Notes: a model not told the origin generated them from the letters alone. Shown: positions 26,677 through 35,613, counted from the first letter of the stretch. The stretch: 64,000 nt of DNA from an uncultured Candidatus Saccharibacteria bacterium (GCA_964625845.1 CAZVBN010000001.1:18484-82483), one strand, 5' to 3'. Translations and numbers: made by a program.

Positions 26677-27234
26677 ATGAAAAATCCAAATTCGGCAGAA
26701 AATTCCGCGCGCCAACAAACGCGAGAAATCATCGTTTTAGCCCACAACATCCGTTCGACGCACAACATCGGCGCAATTCTTCGCACCGCCGAAGGTTTTG
26801 GCGTGGCGAAAATTATTTTTAGCGGATATTCACCGTTTCCAACTTTTAAAGGAGAAAATTTCGCCGAAACTGGACGTTTGCCACATCTTGCGCAAAAAAT
26901 CCATTCACAAATCGCCAAAACCGCGCTCGGCTCAGAAGAAATTGTGCCCTTCGAAATCTCAAAAAACATCACCGAAAAAATCCACGAGCTCAAAAATCAA
27001 GGTTTCGAAATTTTCGCGCTTGAACAAACCAAAACTTCAACCAAACTTCCACAATTAACCCTTTCGAAAAACGCAAAAATCGCTCTGCTTCTCGGCGAAG
27101 AAATCGAAGGCGTGCCAGAAAATCTGCTCGAATTGTGCGACCGTGCGCTCGAAATTCCAATGTTCGGCCGAAAAGAAAGCTTCAATGTCTCCGTCGCCAC
27201 AGGCATCGCACTCTACAAAATCGCTTGCGAATAA
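26677..27234 (+). CDS. SpoU/TrmH-family RNA 2'-O-methyltransferase
   Basis: 185 aa. HNIGAILRTAEGFG, LLLGEEIEGV, IPMFGRKESFNVSVATG. Confidence 0.85.
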   Translation: MKNPNSAENSARQQTREIIVLAHNIRSTHNIGAILRTAEGFGVAKIIFSGYSPFPTFKGENFAETGRLPHLAQKIHSQIAKTALGSEEIVPFEISKNITEKIHELKNQGFEIFALEQTKTSTKLPQLTLSKNAKIALLLGEEIEGVPENLLELCDRALEIPMFGRKESFNVSVATGIALYKIACE

Positions 27235-27255
27235 AAAAGAGGCTTGTCGCCTCTT
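27231..27255. terminator. Hairpin terminator between convergent genes
   Basis: AAGAGGC-TTGTC-GCCTCTT. The U-run is strong on the minus strand and weak on the plus strand. Confidence 0.55.
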
Positions 27256-27266
27256 TGAAATTGTCT

Positions 27267-28007
27267 TTAATTTATTATTTTAGCCTGAATATATTTTTCG
27301 AAAGTTTCAATGAATATATTTTTCATCATATTAAAAAATTCCGAATAGTCATATCCCAGCTGCTCTTCAACATCATTTCGTGAAACTGCAATCACTCCCG
27401 CGCAGTCAACTCTCATAACCTCGTCAAAAGTATCACCTTGACGAACTGGCATTTTCAGTATGAAATAGCCATTCTCATCTTTCGAAAGTGTTGCGCACAA
27501 ATTCAGATCTTCCATTCCAATAATTTCAGGAAAAATCACACTGAGTTTATTGCCGTTTCGAATTTTTCTAACTCCTTTAAACCTAAATCTATAATCGATA
27601 AATTCGAAAATTTCATCAACGTCAATATGAATAAAGCCCGCAGATATCAAAGCTATCGCAATGGCTTGTAAAATTCGATTTGTGTAATTATTATATGTAT
27701 CTCCTTGACGAGAAGCTATTACACACTCTAAATCTTGATTAACATAAGAACCAAAATGTTCATAAGAATTGTAAGCCTGCCTATCGGAGTCGATAAAATT
27801 CAACAAAAGAATCTCTTCGTTAGTTTCAATATCTCGAACTATCGAAATTGTCGACGACGCAACAATGCAACCGAAATTGTAAACTTCATCGTCTTCTAAA
27901 AATTCCCTATTTTCAATAAGAAATGAAGCGCCGGCGCCGGCAAGAGTACCTCGAAGATATTCCCCGTACTGTAATGTAATTTCTGCCAAAAAACCATTTT
28001 CAGACAT
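27267..28007 (-). CDS. Hypothetical acidic cytoplasmic protein (orphan)
   Basis: 246 aa with no signal peptide, no TM helix and no recognised motif. It is more AT-rich by eye than its neighbours and is framed by terminators on both sides. Confidence 0.55.
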   Translation of the reverse strand: MSENGFLAEITLQYGEYLRGTLAGAGASFLIENREFLEDDEVYNFGCIVASSTISIVRDIETNEEILLLNFIDSDRQAYNSYEHFGSYVNQDLECVIASRQGDTYNNYTNRILQAIAIALISAGFIHIDVDEIFEFIDYRFRFKGVRKIRNGNKLSVIFPEIIGMEDLNLCATLSKDENGYFILKMPVRQGDTFDEVMRVDCAGVIAVSRNDVEEQLGYDYSEFFNMMKNIFIETFEKYIQAKIIN

Positions 28008-28023
28008 ATTCTACACCCCTTTT

Positions 28024-28061
28024 CTAAAAAATTAAAGTTCGAAAAGACAATTTCGAACTTT
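28024..28061 (-). terminator. Intrinsic terminator after the NUDIX gene
   Basis: 11-bp stem AAAGTTCGAAA / TTTCGAACTTT. On the minus strand it is followed by AAUUUUUU. Confidence 0.65.
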
Positions 28062-28086
28062 ATTATATCATTTTATCGTATTTTCA

Positions 28087-28620
28087 TCAATTGGATAGCT
28101 CGATTATTCTATTTAGATTTTTTCGAGCAGTGTCTGGACCGTCATAGTTTGCGAATTGCCCTGGGTTCTCAGCCAACATATTTTTTAACTCTTCTACGCC
28201 CACAAGTTTAACCTCCGAAACTTCTCTATTCGAAATTTTCAAATTTTCAACAGAAAAATCTTCTTTCGCCCAATAAATTTGAGTAAAACGGCGTTTTCCT
28301 TCTGGAGTTTCTGTAAAATCTTTACCAACCAGCAAAAAGTTGATATTTTCAAGACCAATTTCTTCCGAAACTTCTCTTTGCACAGCCTCAAGATACGACT
28401 CGCCCAATGAAACATGCCCTGCAACCGCAGCAAAATCCCATTTTCCGGCATATGTCTTTTTTGAATCCGCGCGCCTTTGAATTAGGATCTTTCCAGACTT
28501 GTCGAACAAATAAAACGACACCGTCCGATAAATTCTTCCTGTTGTTTTGTCAAAATTATGCTTTTCGACCGAGTCAATAACCTCATCGAGCTCATTAACT
28601 ATAGGAATAATTTCCGGCAC
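28087..28620 (-). CDS. NUDIX hydrolase (IDI-like subgroup)
   Basis: 177 aa. Nudix box GHVSLGESYLEAVQREVSEEIGL. Confidence 0.8.
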   Translation of the reverse strand: MPEIIPIVNELDEVIDSVEKHNFDKTTGRIYRTVSFYLFDKSGKILIQRRADSKKTYAGKWDFAAVAGHVSLGESYLEAVQREVSEEIGLENINFLLVGKDFTETPEGKRRFTQIYWAKEDFSVENLKISNREVSEVKLVGVEELKNMLAENPGQFANYDGPDTARKNLNRIIELSN

Positions 28621-28622
28621 AG

Positions 28623-29930
28623 TTACACCTCATCTTCTTTAAAATTTGTGAATTTTTCAAAAAACTCGCGTTTAATTTCGAGCCATTTTGCATCTTGTCG
28701 AACTAAATATTTCACATCTTCTTGATCGTGGAGAAGAATTTTCGTGGCTTCTTCGAGATAAATATCTCCTTGCGAACCCTTCAAAAGCACAGCTGCGCCT
28801 TTTTCCATAATTTTATGAGCAAAAGTCGCTGCTTCAATAGCATTTCGACAAGTCTTCACCTGACAACCACGCGCTTTGGCCGCCGGCGCCAAGTGCATAT
28901 TAGCTTCGTCACCAACAGTAATCACCCAAGACAACGACAACGGATCACACAACGAACCCAAATTGCGATGTTCTTCCGCCGAAGAAGCACCAAGTTCATT
29001 CATACTCCCCAAAATCGCAACTCGCGACGGAACACTCAAATTATAAATCGCAAAAAGCGCAGCCTTGGCAGCAATCGGGCTCGAATTATAAGTGTCATCA
29101 ATCAAAATCGACTCTTCAACACCACGCAAAAAATTCATTCGGCCAGGAACAGGTTGAATTTTACCCAACCCAGCTTGAATTTCACCAACCGACAAGCCCA
29201 AATTTTCCGCGACAGCTACCGCCGAAGTGATCGGCAACATCGAATGCTCACCAAAAATCCGCACTTTGGCTGGAATTTTGCCAAAATTCGGAGAATTAAA
29301 CTTACAAATATAACCGTCAATCAGATTAAAATCGTCAATTTCAAAAGAATATTCAGCCGAAACCAACGATCCGTAAGTTGTAAAATTCGGATTTGTAATC
29401 AAGCTCGAATACTTCGAATCTATCGCATCGCGATTCAAAATCGCCATTTTCGAAAAGTTCGCCGCAGTCAATTCTTCTTGCGCGACAGCATCCAAACTTC
29501 CAAAAAATTCCATATGCTCCGGCGCAACAGATGTAATTACAGCAATATCTGGATTCAAATATCGCCCAAACTGCGCAATATCGCCCGGCCGATCCGTGCC
29601 AAGCTCCTGAATTATCACTTGCGGCTCGGTTTCGGCGGGAGCTTTTATCCTTCTTCTCGCAGCCCTAAAAACCCTACGCCATTCCAAAAAACTGCGCGGA
29701 TTTCCCGGAAAATCAATCCCCAAAATCGCCAACGGCGCACTCAAGTGCGTGTTGTGATTCCCAGAATGGAGTCGCACGCGATATTTTTCGTTCAAAAGCG
29801 TCGCGATCGCCAGCTTGGAGCTAGTTTTTCCAACCGAACCCGCCACAACAACCAGCTTAATTTCAGGATGGCGCGCGAAATATTTTTTAACGTATTTTTC
29901 AAGTTTTTTAGTAATTCTTTTCTTAAACAT
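28623..29930 (-). CDS. murF: Mur ligase, UDP-MurNAc-tripeptide--D-Ala-D-Ala ligase type
   Basis: P-loop VAGSVGKTSSK, DDTYNSSP, GSMNELG. The start could be ATG 29939 or 29930. 29930 is preferred because a TATAAT box ends 1 nt before 29939. Confidence 0.75.
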   Translation of the reverse strand: MFKKRITKKLEKYVKKYFARHPEIKLVVVAGSVGKTSSKLAIATLLNEKYRVRLHSGNHNTHLSAPLAILGIDFPGNPRSFLEWRRVFRAARRRIKAPAETEPQVIIQELGTDRPGDIAQFGRYLNPDIAVITSVAPEHMEFFGSLDAVAQEELTAANFSKMAILNRDAIDSKYSSLITNPNFTTYGSLVSAEYSFEIDDFNLIDGYICKFNSPNFGKIPAKVRIFGEHSMLPITSAVAVAENLGLSVGEIQAGLGKIQPVPGRMNFLRGVEESILIDDTYNSSPIAAKAALFAIYNLSVPSRVAILGSMNELGASSAEEHRNLGSLCDPLSLSWVITVGDEANMHLAPAAKARGCQVKTCRNAIEAATFAHKIMEKGAAVLLKGSQGDIYLEEATKILLHDQEDVKYLVRQDAKWLEIKREFFEKFTNFKEDEV

Positions 29931-29940
29931 AACCTTCATA

Positions 29941-29969
29941 ATTATAATATAAAATCACCGCTTTTTCAA
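29941..29969 (-). promoter_or_regulatory. murF promoter
   Basis: Minus strand reads TTGAAA-17-TATAAT. The -35 lies in the loop of the hairpin at 29952-29979. Confidence 0.45.
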
Positions 29970-29979
29970 GCAGTGATTT
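29952..29979 (-). terminator. Hairpin (9 of 10 bp) followed by a U-rich tract; terminator or attenuator upstream of murF
   Basis: Minus strand reads AAAUCACUGC-loop-GCGGUGAUUU followed by UAUAUUAUAAUU. Confidence 0.4.
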
Positions 29980-29994
29980 CTTTTTGCTGGTGTG

Positions 29995-30033
29995 CGCCCA
30001 CCCTGGGGCGTTTGTTTTATTTTTGTTTTTGTT
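29995..30033 (+). terminator. Orphan plus-strand intrinsic-terminator-like element
   Basis: GC stem CGCCC / GGGCG with a 6-nt loop, followed by TTTGTTTTATTTTTGTTTTTGTT. No plus-strand gene lies upstream. Confidence 0.4.
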
Positions 30034-30142
30034 ATAAGTGCTATTTAGGAGATGAATAAAGACAATCGCCCATTGTTTAGCACATCAGCTATGTTTTAAT
30101 TTTAGCATAAACTTTTTGAAAACGCAAGACTTTTTTGAAATT

Positions 30143-30982
30143 TTACAAAAATGGCGGATATTTCGAAATTTGATCTGTTAATTCGTCGATAGAAAAACTT
30201 TTATCAGCCGAAAATTCTTCCCAATTATTTGAATTTTGGGGGCTGGCTTCGCTCAAACTCACTATTCGTCGCCAAGTAAAATCGTCGCGAACATCGTGCG
30301 CATCGTGCGGATTAACGCGAGAATATTCAACCAAGCCCAAATTCGGAATGTCATATTTGCGATTTTCGTAGATTTTATCCCAATCTTCAGGAAGCATTTT
30401 TTCAATATCATAGCAAGCCGTCTGAATGAGTTGTTTGTGCGCCACAATCAAGATGTTTTCGCCAGAATGTTTGCGCCAAAGCTTAGTTCGGAAAGATTTA
30501 AAGCGATTATAAACGTCAAAAAGGCTCTCGCCGCCGTCATAGCGAATATACCAAGGGTCGTCATTGGCGAGTCGCGCCGTAAGCGGAAAGTGCGACCTCT
30601 GTTCTTGCCGAGAAACCACGCCATAAATTCCCCAAATTCGCTCGCTCAAACGATCGTCAATATTCCAGCGTGATTTTTGAGAAAATTCACCCGACAAAGC
30701 CGAAAGCTCCAGCGAAAGCTGCACGGCTGTTTCTCGCGCACGGATAAACGGCGAAGTATAACACTTGTCAAAAAAATCTAGCCCACCATAAAGTTGGCGA
30801 AATTCCTTCGCAGCGACCCGAATTTGCGCACGACCCTTTGGGCTGATTCTCTGTTTCCAATCGACGCGCGAATTTATCAAATCCTCATGCTGAAATTTTT
30901 CGTCATTTTTTTGCGCATGCTGAACAATGTTCGCTTCACTTTCGCCATGCCGAATCATCACCAACCTTAGCGGATTTGCCAT
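30143..30982 (-). CDS. Histidine phosphatase (phosphoglycerate-mutase-like) family protein
   Basis: 279 aa. The catalytic RHG motif is in LVMIRHGESEAN; the second His is in ILIVAHKQL. Confidence 0.75.
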   Translation of the reverse strand: MANPLRLVMIRHGESEANIVQHAQKNDEKFQHEDLINSRVDWKQRISPKGRAQIRVAAKEFRQLYGGLDFFDKCYTSPFIRARETAVQLSLELSALSGEFSQKSRWNIDDRLSERIWGIYGVVSRQEQRSHFPLTARLANDDPWYIRYDGGESLFDVYNRFKSFRTKLWRKHSGENILIVAHKQLIQTACYDIEKMLPEDWDKIYENRKYDIPNLGLVEYSRVNPHDAHDVRDDFTWRRIVSLSEASPQNSNNWEEFSADKSFSIDELTDQISKYPPFL

Positions 30983-31061
30983 TTTTTGCCTTTCGAGATT
31001 TTAAGCATAACCAATTTTAACATTTTTTGCATCAAAAATCAATTTGTGGTAAAATCTTATT

Positions 31062-31883
31062 ATGTCAAAAAACTTTTTGTCTGACTTAAATCACAAATTT
31101 TATTCGCAAGAAAACGGCGCGAAAACTTCGGTTTATTTTCAGAAAAGCTCGAAAAAACCTCTGGCAGTTTTGATTCACGGCTTTGGCGGAAACGCTTTTG
31201 GGATGAGCTTTTTAAGCCAAGAAATGTCGAAAAACTGGCGAATTGTTTTGGTCGAACTTCCATCACACGGCAAAAGTTCGCTTCAAAAAATCGAAAAATC
31301 GGCAGATCTTCGAAGATGGAACGCCGAAATCATCACAAAAATCGAACGAGAATTCGGCGAAATTTCACTTTTGGTTTGCCATTCGTTCGCCTGCGCATCA
31401 GTTTCGAGCGAAATCTCACGCAAAATCCCAACAGTTTTAATAAATCCAGTTTTCAAAACGCCCGAAAGTTTTCGATTTTTCGGCGAGCTTTCTGCGAAAT
31501 CGAAATTTTTCGCGATTTTCTCGAATTTGCCGATTTTTTCGCCGTTCAAAGTGTTTTTCTTGATTAAAACTTGGCGCGCAAAATCTTGGAAGAATGTTTT
31601 CGCGAACCTTTTTCGCTCTTTTTCTAGCGCAGAGCAGCTCACTTCTCAAGGAAAAATGACAAAAATCATTCTCGAAAATCCGCTTCTCGCCAAAAGCTCG
31701 AAAGATGTCGCAATGCTCGTAGTCGGTTCGCGCGACGCAATGAGCGAAAAACTCACCGAAAAGCAAAAATCCGATTTTTTCGAGAAATCTGAAGTTTTCG
31801 AGATGAAAACCGGCCACTTGCTACCGATAGAATTTCCAGAAATTTTAGCAAGCAAGCTCGAAAAATTCCTGCCAGAAAAATAA
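31062..31883 (+). CDS. Alpha/beta-fold hydrolase
   Basis: 273 aa. VLIHGFGGNAF, a nucleophile-elbow-like LVCHSFACA, and a C-terminal His (TGHLLPIE). Confidence 0.65.
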   Translation: MSKNFLSDLNHKFYSQENGAKTSVYFQKSSKKPLAVLIHGFGGNAFGMSFLSQEMSKNWRIVLVELPSHGKSSLQKIEKSADLRRWNAEIITKIEREFGEISLLVCHSFACASVSSEISRKIPTVLINPVFKTPESFRFFGELSAKSKFFAIFSNLPIFSPFKVFFLIKTWRAKSWKNVFANLFRSFSSAEQLTSQGKMTKIILENPLLAKSSKDVAMLVVGSRDAMSEKLTEKQKSDFFEKSEVFEMKTGHLLPIEFPEILASKLEKFLPEK

Positions 31884-31913
31884 ATCGCCAACTTTTTAGC
31901 TGGCGATTTTGTT

Positions 31914-33371
31914 TTAGAGTTCGTTTTCGATAATTTGAAGTGAATTTTTGAGGCGTTTTAAGCTTTCTTCGGAGCCAATTGCGCGCAAAGTTTGATTTAG
32001 TGCTGGCGAAAATGGTGCCCAAGTCAAGCAAATTCGGATAATCTGGAACAAAATTCCCGGTTTTTGGCCAGTTTCAGCGAGAAGCTCGTTTAATGCATTT
32101 TGAAGATTCTCGTCCGTCCAGCTTTCGACAGTTTCGAATTTAGCGATCGAAGCGTTCAAAATTTTAGAAATTTCGGATTTTTCGAGTTTTTTGAGTTGCT
32201 TATTTGCGGAAATCATTGTCAAATCTGCTTTTTGCTCAGCGAAGAAATATTCACTAGCGAGCGGCAAATCACGCAAAGTTTTTAGGCGATCAAAGACCAA
32301 ACTCAACACTTCTCGACGATATTCTTCGATTGACGTTCTGGCATTTTCTCCCCAGAAATCTCGCACGCGTTCAAACAAATCTTCTTGCGAAATTCGGCGA
32401 ATCCATTGACCATTTAGCCACAAAAGTCGCTGTTCATCAAATCGTGCGCCGGATTTTTGAACTCGATCGAGCGAGAATTTTTCAATCAAATCTTCCAATG
32501 AGAAAATCTCGTCTTCGGTGCCGTCATTCCAGCCAAGTTGTGCCAAAAAGTTCAACATCGCTTCAGGCAAAATTCCTTCGTCGCGATATTCACTAACACT
32601 TTTCGCACCGTCGCGTTTGCCGAGTTTCTTATTGCCAGCTGGCGCCAAAATGTGCGGAACGTGCGCCAAAATCGGTGGAATGATTTCGAGCGCTTCATAG
32701 AGCGAAAGATATTTCGGCGTCGAAGCGACATATTCTGCGCCACGAATCACGTGAGTCACGCCCATTTCAAAATCGTCGATAATGTGTGCAAAATTGTAAG
32801 TTGGCAAACCGTCCGCCTTGATCAAAATGAAGTCGTCAAGCGCTTCAGGACCAGCTGAAAGTTCGCCCATCACGGCGTCGTGCCAAGTATACCGCTTGAT
32901 TTCGGGCGTTTTGAAGCGAAGCGGCATTCCAAGTTCCCACTTTGGCGGATTTTCTGGGCGATGATCGCGATACAAAAACGCGCGTTTTTCTGCCTTGGCC
33001 TTGTTTCGAAATTCTTCGACCTGTTCTGGCGTGTAAGGATCGGCATAAGCCAAGCCTTTTTCGATCATTTTTTCAGCCCATTTTAGATAAATTTCACGAC
33101 GCTCGGTCTGGTGATACGGCCCAAAATCGCCTTTTTCGCCACCTTTGCCGTCCGGGCCCTCGCTCCAATCCAAACCAAGCCAGCGTAAAGTTTCGAGCAC
33201 CAAATCTTCGGCGCCCTCAACAAATCGAGCCTGATCTGTATCTTCAATTCGCAAAATAAAATCACCGCCAGTCTGCTTGGCAATCAAATAAGGATAAAGT
33301 GCGCTTCGAACATTTCCAACGTGAATGTAGCCAGTTGGACTCGGCGCAAAACGAGTTCTTGCTTTCATCAT
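31914..33371 (-). CDS. gltX: Glutamyl-tRNA synthetase
   Basis: 485 aa. RFAPSPTGYIHVGNVR (HIGH) and KLGKRDG (KMSKS-like). Confidence 0.95.
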   Translation of the reverse strand: MMKARTRFAPSPTGYIHVGNVRSALYPYLIAKQTGGDFILRIEDTDQARFVEGAEDLVLETLRWLGLDWSEGPDGKGGEKGDFGPYHQTERREIYLKWAEKMIEKGLAYADPYTPEQVEEFRNKAKAEKRAFLYRDHRPENPPKWELGMPLRFKTPEIKRYTWHDAVMGELSAGPEALDDFILIKADGLPTYNFAHIIDDFEMGVTHVIRGAEYVASTPKYLSLYEALEIIPPILAHVPHILAPAGNKKLGKRDGAKSVSEYRDEGILPEAMLNFLAQLGWNDGTEDEIFSLEDLIEKFSLDRVQKSGARFDEQRLLWLNGQWIRRISQEDLFERVRDFWGENARTSIEEYRREVLSLVFDRLKTLRDLPLASEYFFAEQKADLTMISANKQLKKLEKSEISKILNASIAKFETVESWTDENLQNALNELLAETGQKPGILFQIIRICLTWAPFSPALNQTLRAIGSEESLKRLKNSLQIIENEL

Positions 33372-33378
33372 AAGATAT

Positions 33379-33407
33379 ATTTTAGCACGATTTTTGGATT
33401 TTGTCGA
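33379..33407 (-). promoter_or_regulatory. gltX promoter, leaderless configuration
   Basis: Minus strand reads TCGACA-17-TAAAAT-7 nt-ATG (33371). Confidence 0.5.
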
Positions 33408-33415
33408 TTTTTATG

Positions 33416-34432
33416 CTAAAAACTTGTGGCGATTTTTCGGATTTCTTCGCCAGAGAGATTTTCTTGGCTTTCGATCGCGTAAAGCTTGCCGTCGTTTATC
33501 CACACGGCTTGGTTCTCTTCGTTTTTATAGATAGTTAAGCCTTTTTCTTGATAGGTTGAATATTTGGAATTCCAAGTTTTTTCGACATAATTTTCAAGAA
33601 GCGCCACGCTATCCCACGCGCTTTCGGATTGTTTTAAAGTGTAGGAATTCTTGCCGTTTGAATAGTTCAAATTAACAGATTCGCCGTCAAAATAAGCCAG
33701 CCCGTTCAGCTGATAGCCTTGCGCGACATATTGCGGCAAACTGGCGTTGATTCCGCCCTGAACCGCAGCAATTCGGGTTGAGATATTTGGCAAATTTAAG
33801 TAAGTTAAATAGCCAGCCGCAAGAAAAACTACTGCAAATCCAGCAAAAATCCCCGCAAATCGGCGAGCAAAAACTCGGCGCTTGCGAATTCCGCGAGATT
33901 TTTTGGATTTTTTGTCGTCTTCGCGAGATTTTTCGAACGCTTCAGAAATGGCGCTCTGCTTGATCGCCTGCGAACTCGGTAGGACTTTTTCGGCTTTTTG
34001 TTTGCGGATTTCGTCCAGCGCTTTTTGATGAATCGGATGATTTTGAACTGGCGCAACGCCGTCTAGAGCTTTTGGCGCGGTTTTTTGTGGCACAGGTGAA
34101 ACAGAAATCGGAGAAATTGAGCGAGAAGCCGACCCACGGATGCCTTCAAAATGAGAAATTTGCGAACGAGAGTCTCGGCCAGATTGAACCAAGCTCGATT
34201 TTCGCGCTTCCAAATAATCGTGCCGGCGCTTGAACTGCTCGATCGCGTGAAGTTGTTCGCGAGAAAGATTTTCTGGACGACGAACGAATTTTCGGTTTAG
34301 AGTTTGCGATTTTTGAATCGTTTGGTGAATCTGATTCGAGCCAAAAGATTCATTTTCAACATTCACCGCGCCCAAATTTTCACCGGTGATCGCGTCGTAT
34401 TTCACGCCGTTAATAATAATTTCATCTCTCAT
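33416..34432 (-). CDS. Bitopic membrane protein, unknown function (anti-sigma-like topology)
   Basis: 338 aa. Polar or basic cytoplasmic half, TM helix FAGIFAGFAVVFLAAGYLTYL, and an extracytoplasmic beta-rich domain of about 130 aa. Confidence 0.55.
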   Translation of the reverse strand: MRDEIIINGVKYDAITGENLGAVNVENESFGSNQIHQTIQKSQTLNRKFVRRPENLSREQLHAIEQFKRRHDYLEARKSSLVQSGRDSRSQISHFEGIRGSASRSISPISVSPVPQKTAPKALDGVAPVQNHPIHQKALDEIRKQKAEKVLPSSQAIKQSAISEAFEKSREDDKKSKKSRGIRKRRVFARRFAGIFAGFAVVFLAAGYLTYLNLPNISTRIAAVQGGINASLPQYVAQGYQLNGLAYFDGESVNLNYSNGKNSYTLKQSESAWDSVALLENYVEKTWNSKYSTYQEKGLTIYKNEENQAVWINDGKLYAIESQENLSGEEIRKIATSF

Positions 34433-34503
34433 ACTTTCTCCATTTAGCTTATGGATATTTTACCGCAAAATCTTATTTTTTTCAAGACATATTTTACTAT
34501 CTA

Positions 34504-34532
34504 TTGAGAATAAAAGAAATTTATGTTATAAT
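34504..34532 (+). promoter_or_regulatory. Promoter of the surface-protein gene, giving a leader of about 105 nt
   Basis: TTGAGA-17-TATAAT. The leader contains hairpins AAGATTC/GAATCTT and GGCTC/GAGCC before the AAAGGAAAG SD. Confidence 0.5.
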
Positions 34533-34643
34533 GCGAATGAGTTGAAAAAAGCACGTTAAAAAGATTCTTTCTGAATCTTTGCGACCTTGTTCTTAATCTT
34601 ACAAAAAAAGAAAGGGGCTCGCAAAGAGCCAAAGGAAAGAAAA

Positions 34644-35597
34644 ATGAAAAAATTGCTATCGCTATTATTAGTTTTGTTCGCAATTGCACTCACCCCGTTC
34701 AGCGTAAAAGCTGATAATGCAGACAGGGCATATGAAGAGGATACTAGAGGATTTATTGTCCATTTAAATTTGGATAGTCTAGACATCCCCTTAAGATCAT
34801 TCGAAAGGACAGATATGTTTGGCGGCACCCTCAAAGTATATCTTAAGCCAGGCGAGTCTTGGACTATTACACCTCCAAGTATTCCTAGCTTACAAGCGAA
34901 GTCCATAACAAGAGCCGAGCTTGGAGAGCATGACACCTGGAACATGGAAGAATACAATATTCCATTACCACTAACCGTGCATTACGATGATCTGCAAGAC
35001 TCGTTCTATATGAATGACGACGGCATTAAGGTAAACGATATTTTCATCGTAAATCTAGCCACTATCGACGGCCAGAAAGTCGACACGTTGCCCGTCATAG
35101 TAAGAGAGGCAGGAAATACAGAATCCGCCTTCAATACTATGCGCTATGACTACCAAATGCTGGCCCTACGTGGACAACCGCTCTCATTCAACAATGACTA
35201 CATACCAGGCAAGAAAGTCGTAGGGTTTAAGTTCCATAAATTCGGAACTCTTTCTAAAGAGTTTAACGAGTCTGTCGTATGGGACCCCGAAGCTTTCGAC
35301 GATCCAGACGCCATAGTTGTATACTATGGAGATCCGGAAGAATCCACCTTCGTTAATGCGGATGGGTGGACTGCCTGGGATTTAACCACCCTTCCGGGGA
35401 ATAACGAACCGGAAGAAACTACAGAGGAAACCACTGAGGAAGAGACTACCGTCGAAGCCACAGAAGTGGTCGAAACAGTAGTCTACGAGGAGCGCGACAA
35501 TAGCACTGCCGCGATCATAATAATCGCACTCGTAGCGCTTCTAGCTGGTGGAGGAGGCGTAGCCGTCTACTTCGCACAAAAAAAGAACAAGCAATAG
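34644..35597 (+). CDS. Cell-surface protein with signal peptide, acidic Thr/Glu stalk and C-terminal membrane anchor
   Basis: 317 aa from MKKLLSLLLVLFAIALTPFSVKA. The C-terminus is EPEETTEETTEEETTVEATE...AAIIIIALVALLAGGGGVAVYFAQKKNKQ. Codon usage is atypical (AGA/AGG, CTA, ATA, TCA). Confidence 0.7.
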   Translation: MKKLLSLLLVLFAIALTPFSVKADNADRAYEEDTRGFIVHLNLDSLDIPLRSFERTDMFGGTLKVYLKPGESWTITPPSIPSLQAKSITRAELGEHDTWNMEEYNIPLPLTVHYDDLQDSFYMNDDGIKVNDIFIVNLATIDGQKVDTLPVIVREAGNTESAFNTMRYDYQMLALRGQPLSFNNDYIPGKKVVGFKFHKFGTLSKEFNESVVWDPEAFDDPDAIVVYYGDPEESTFVNADGWTAWDLTTLPGNNEPEETTEETTEEETTVEATEVVETVVYEERDNSTAAIIIIALVALLAGGGGVAVYFAQKKNKQ

Positions 35598-35613
35598 TTC
35601 AACTCAACTCATA

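Noticed and set aside
26617-26689. The N-terminal 24-codon extension of the PilB ORF, which overlaps the divergent methyltransferase gene.
   Set aside because: The extension (MDFSFFDFNIFSLKISSAYAKIKV) is hydrophobic junk with no family support and would overlap the plus-strand gene start. The Met at 26617 begins the conserved region.
30053-30100. A 15-codon plus-strand mini-ORF (MNKDNRPLFSTSAMF) directly after an AGGAG.
   Set aside because: The AGGAG abuts the ATG with no spacer, the peptide has no notable features, and the ORF lies downstream of a terminator-like element. It was kept only as part of the intergenic-region finding.
34501-34957. Minus-strand ORFs of 62 and 133 aa overlapping the promoter, leader and 5' end of the surface-protein gene.
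   Set aside because: They have no SD or promoter, and their composition is low-information. They overlap a plus-strand gene that has a clear promoter, SD, signal peptide and terminator.
35391-35405. LPGNN in the surface protein as a possible LPXTG sortase motif.
   Set aside because: It does not fit the LPXTG or LAXTG pattern. It also lies about 45 residues upstream of the C-terminal helix rather than directly adjacent to it.
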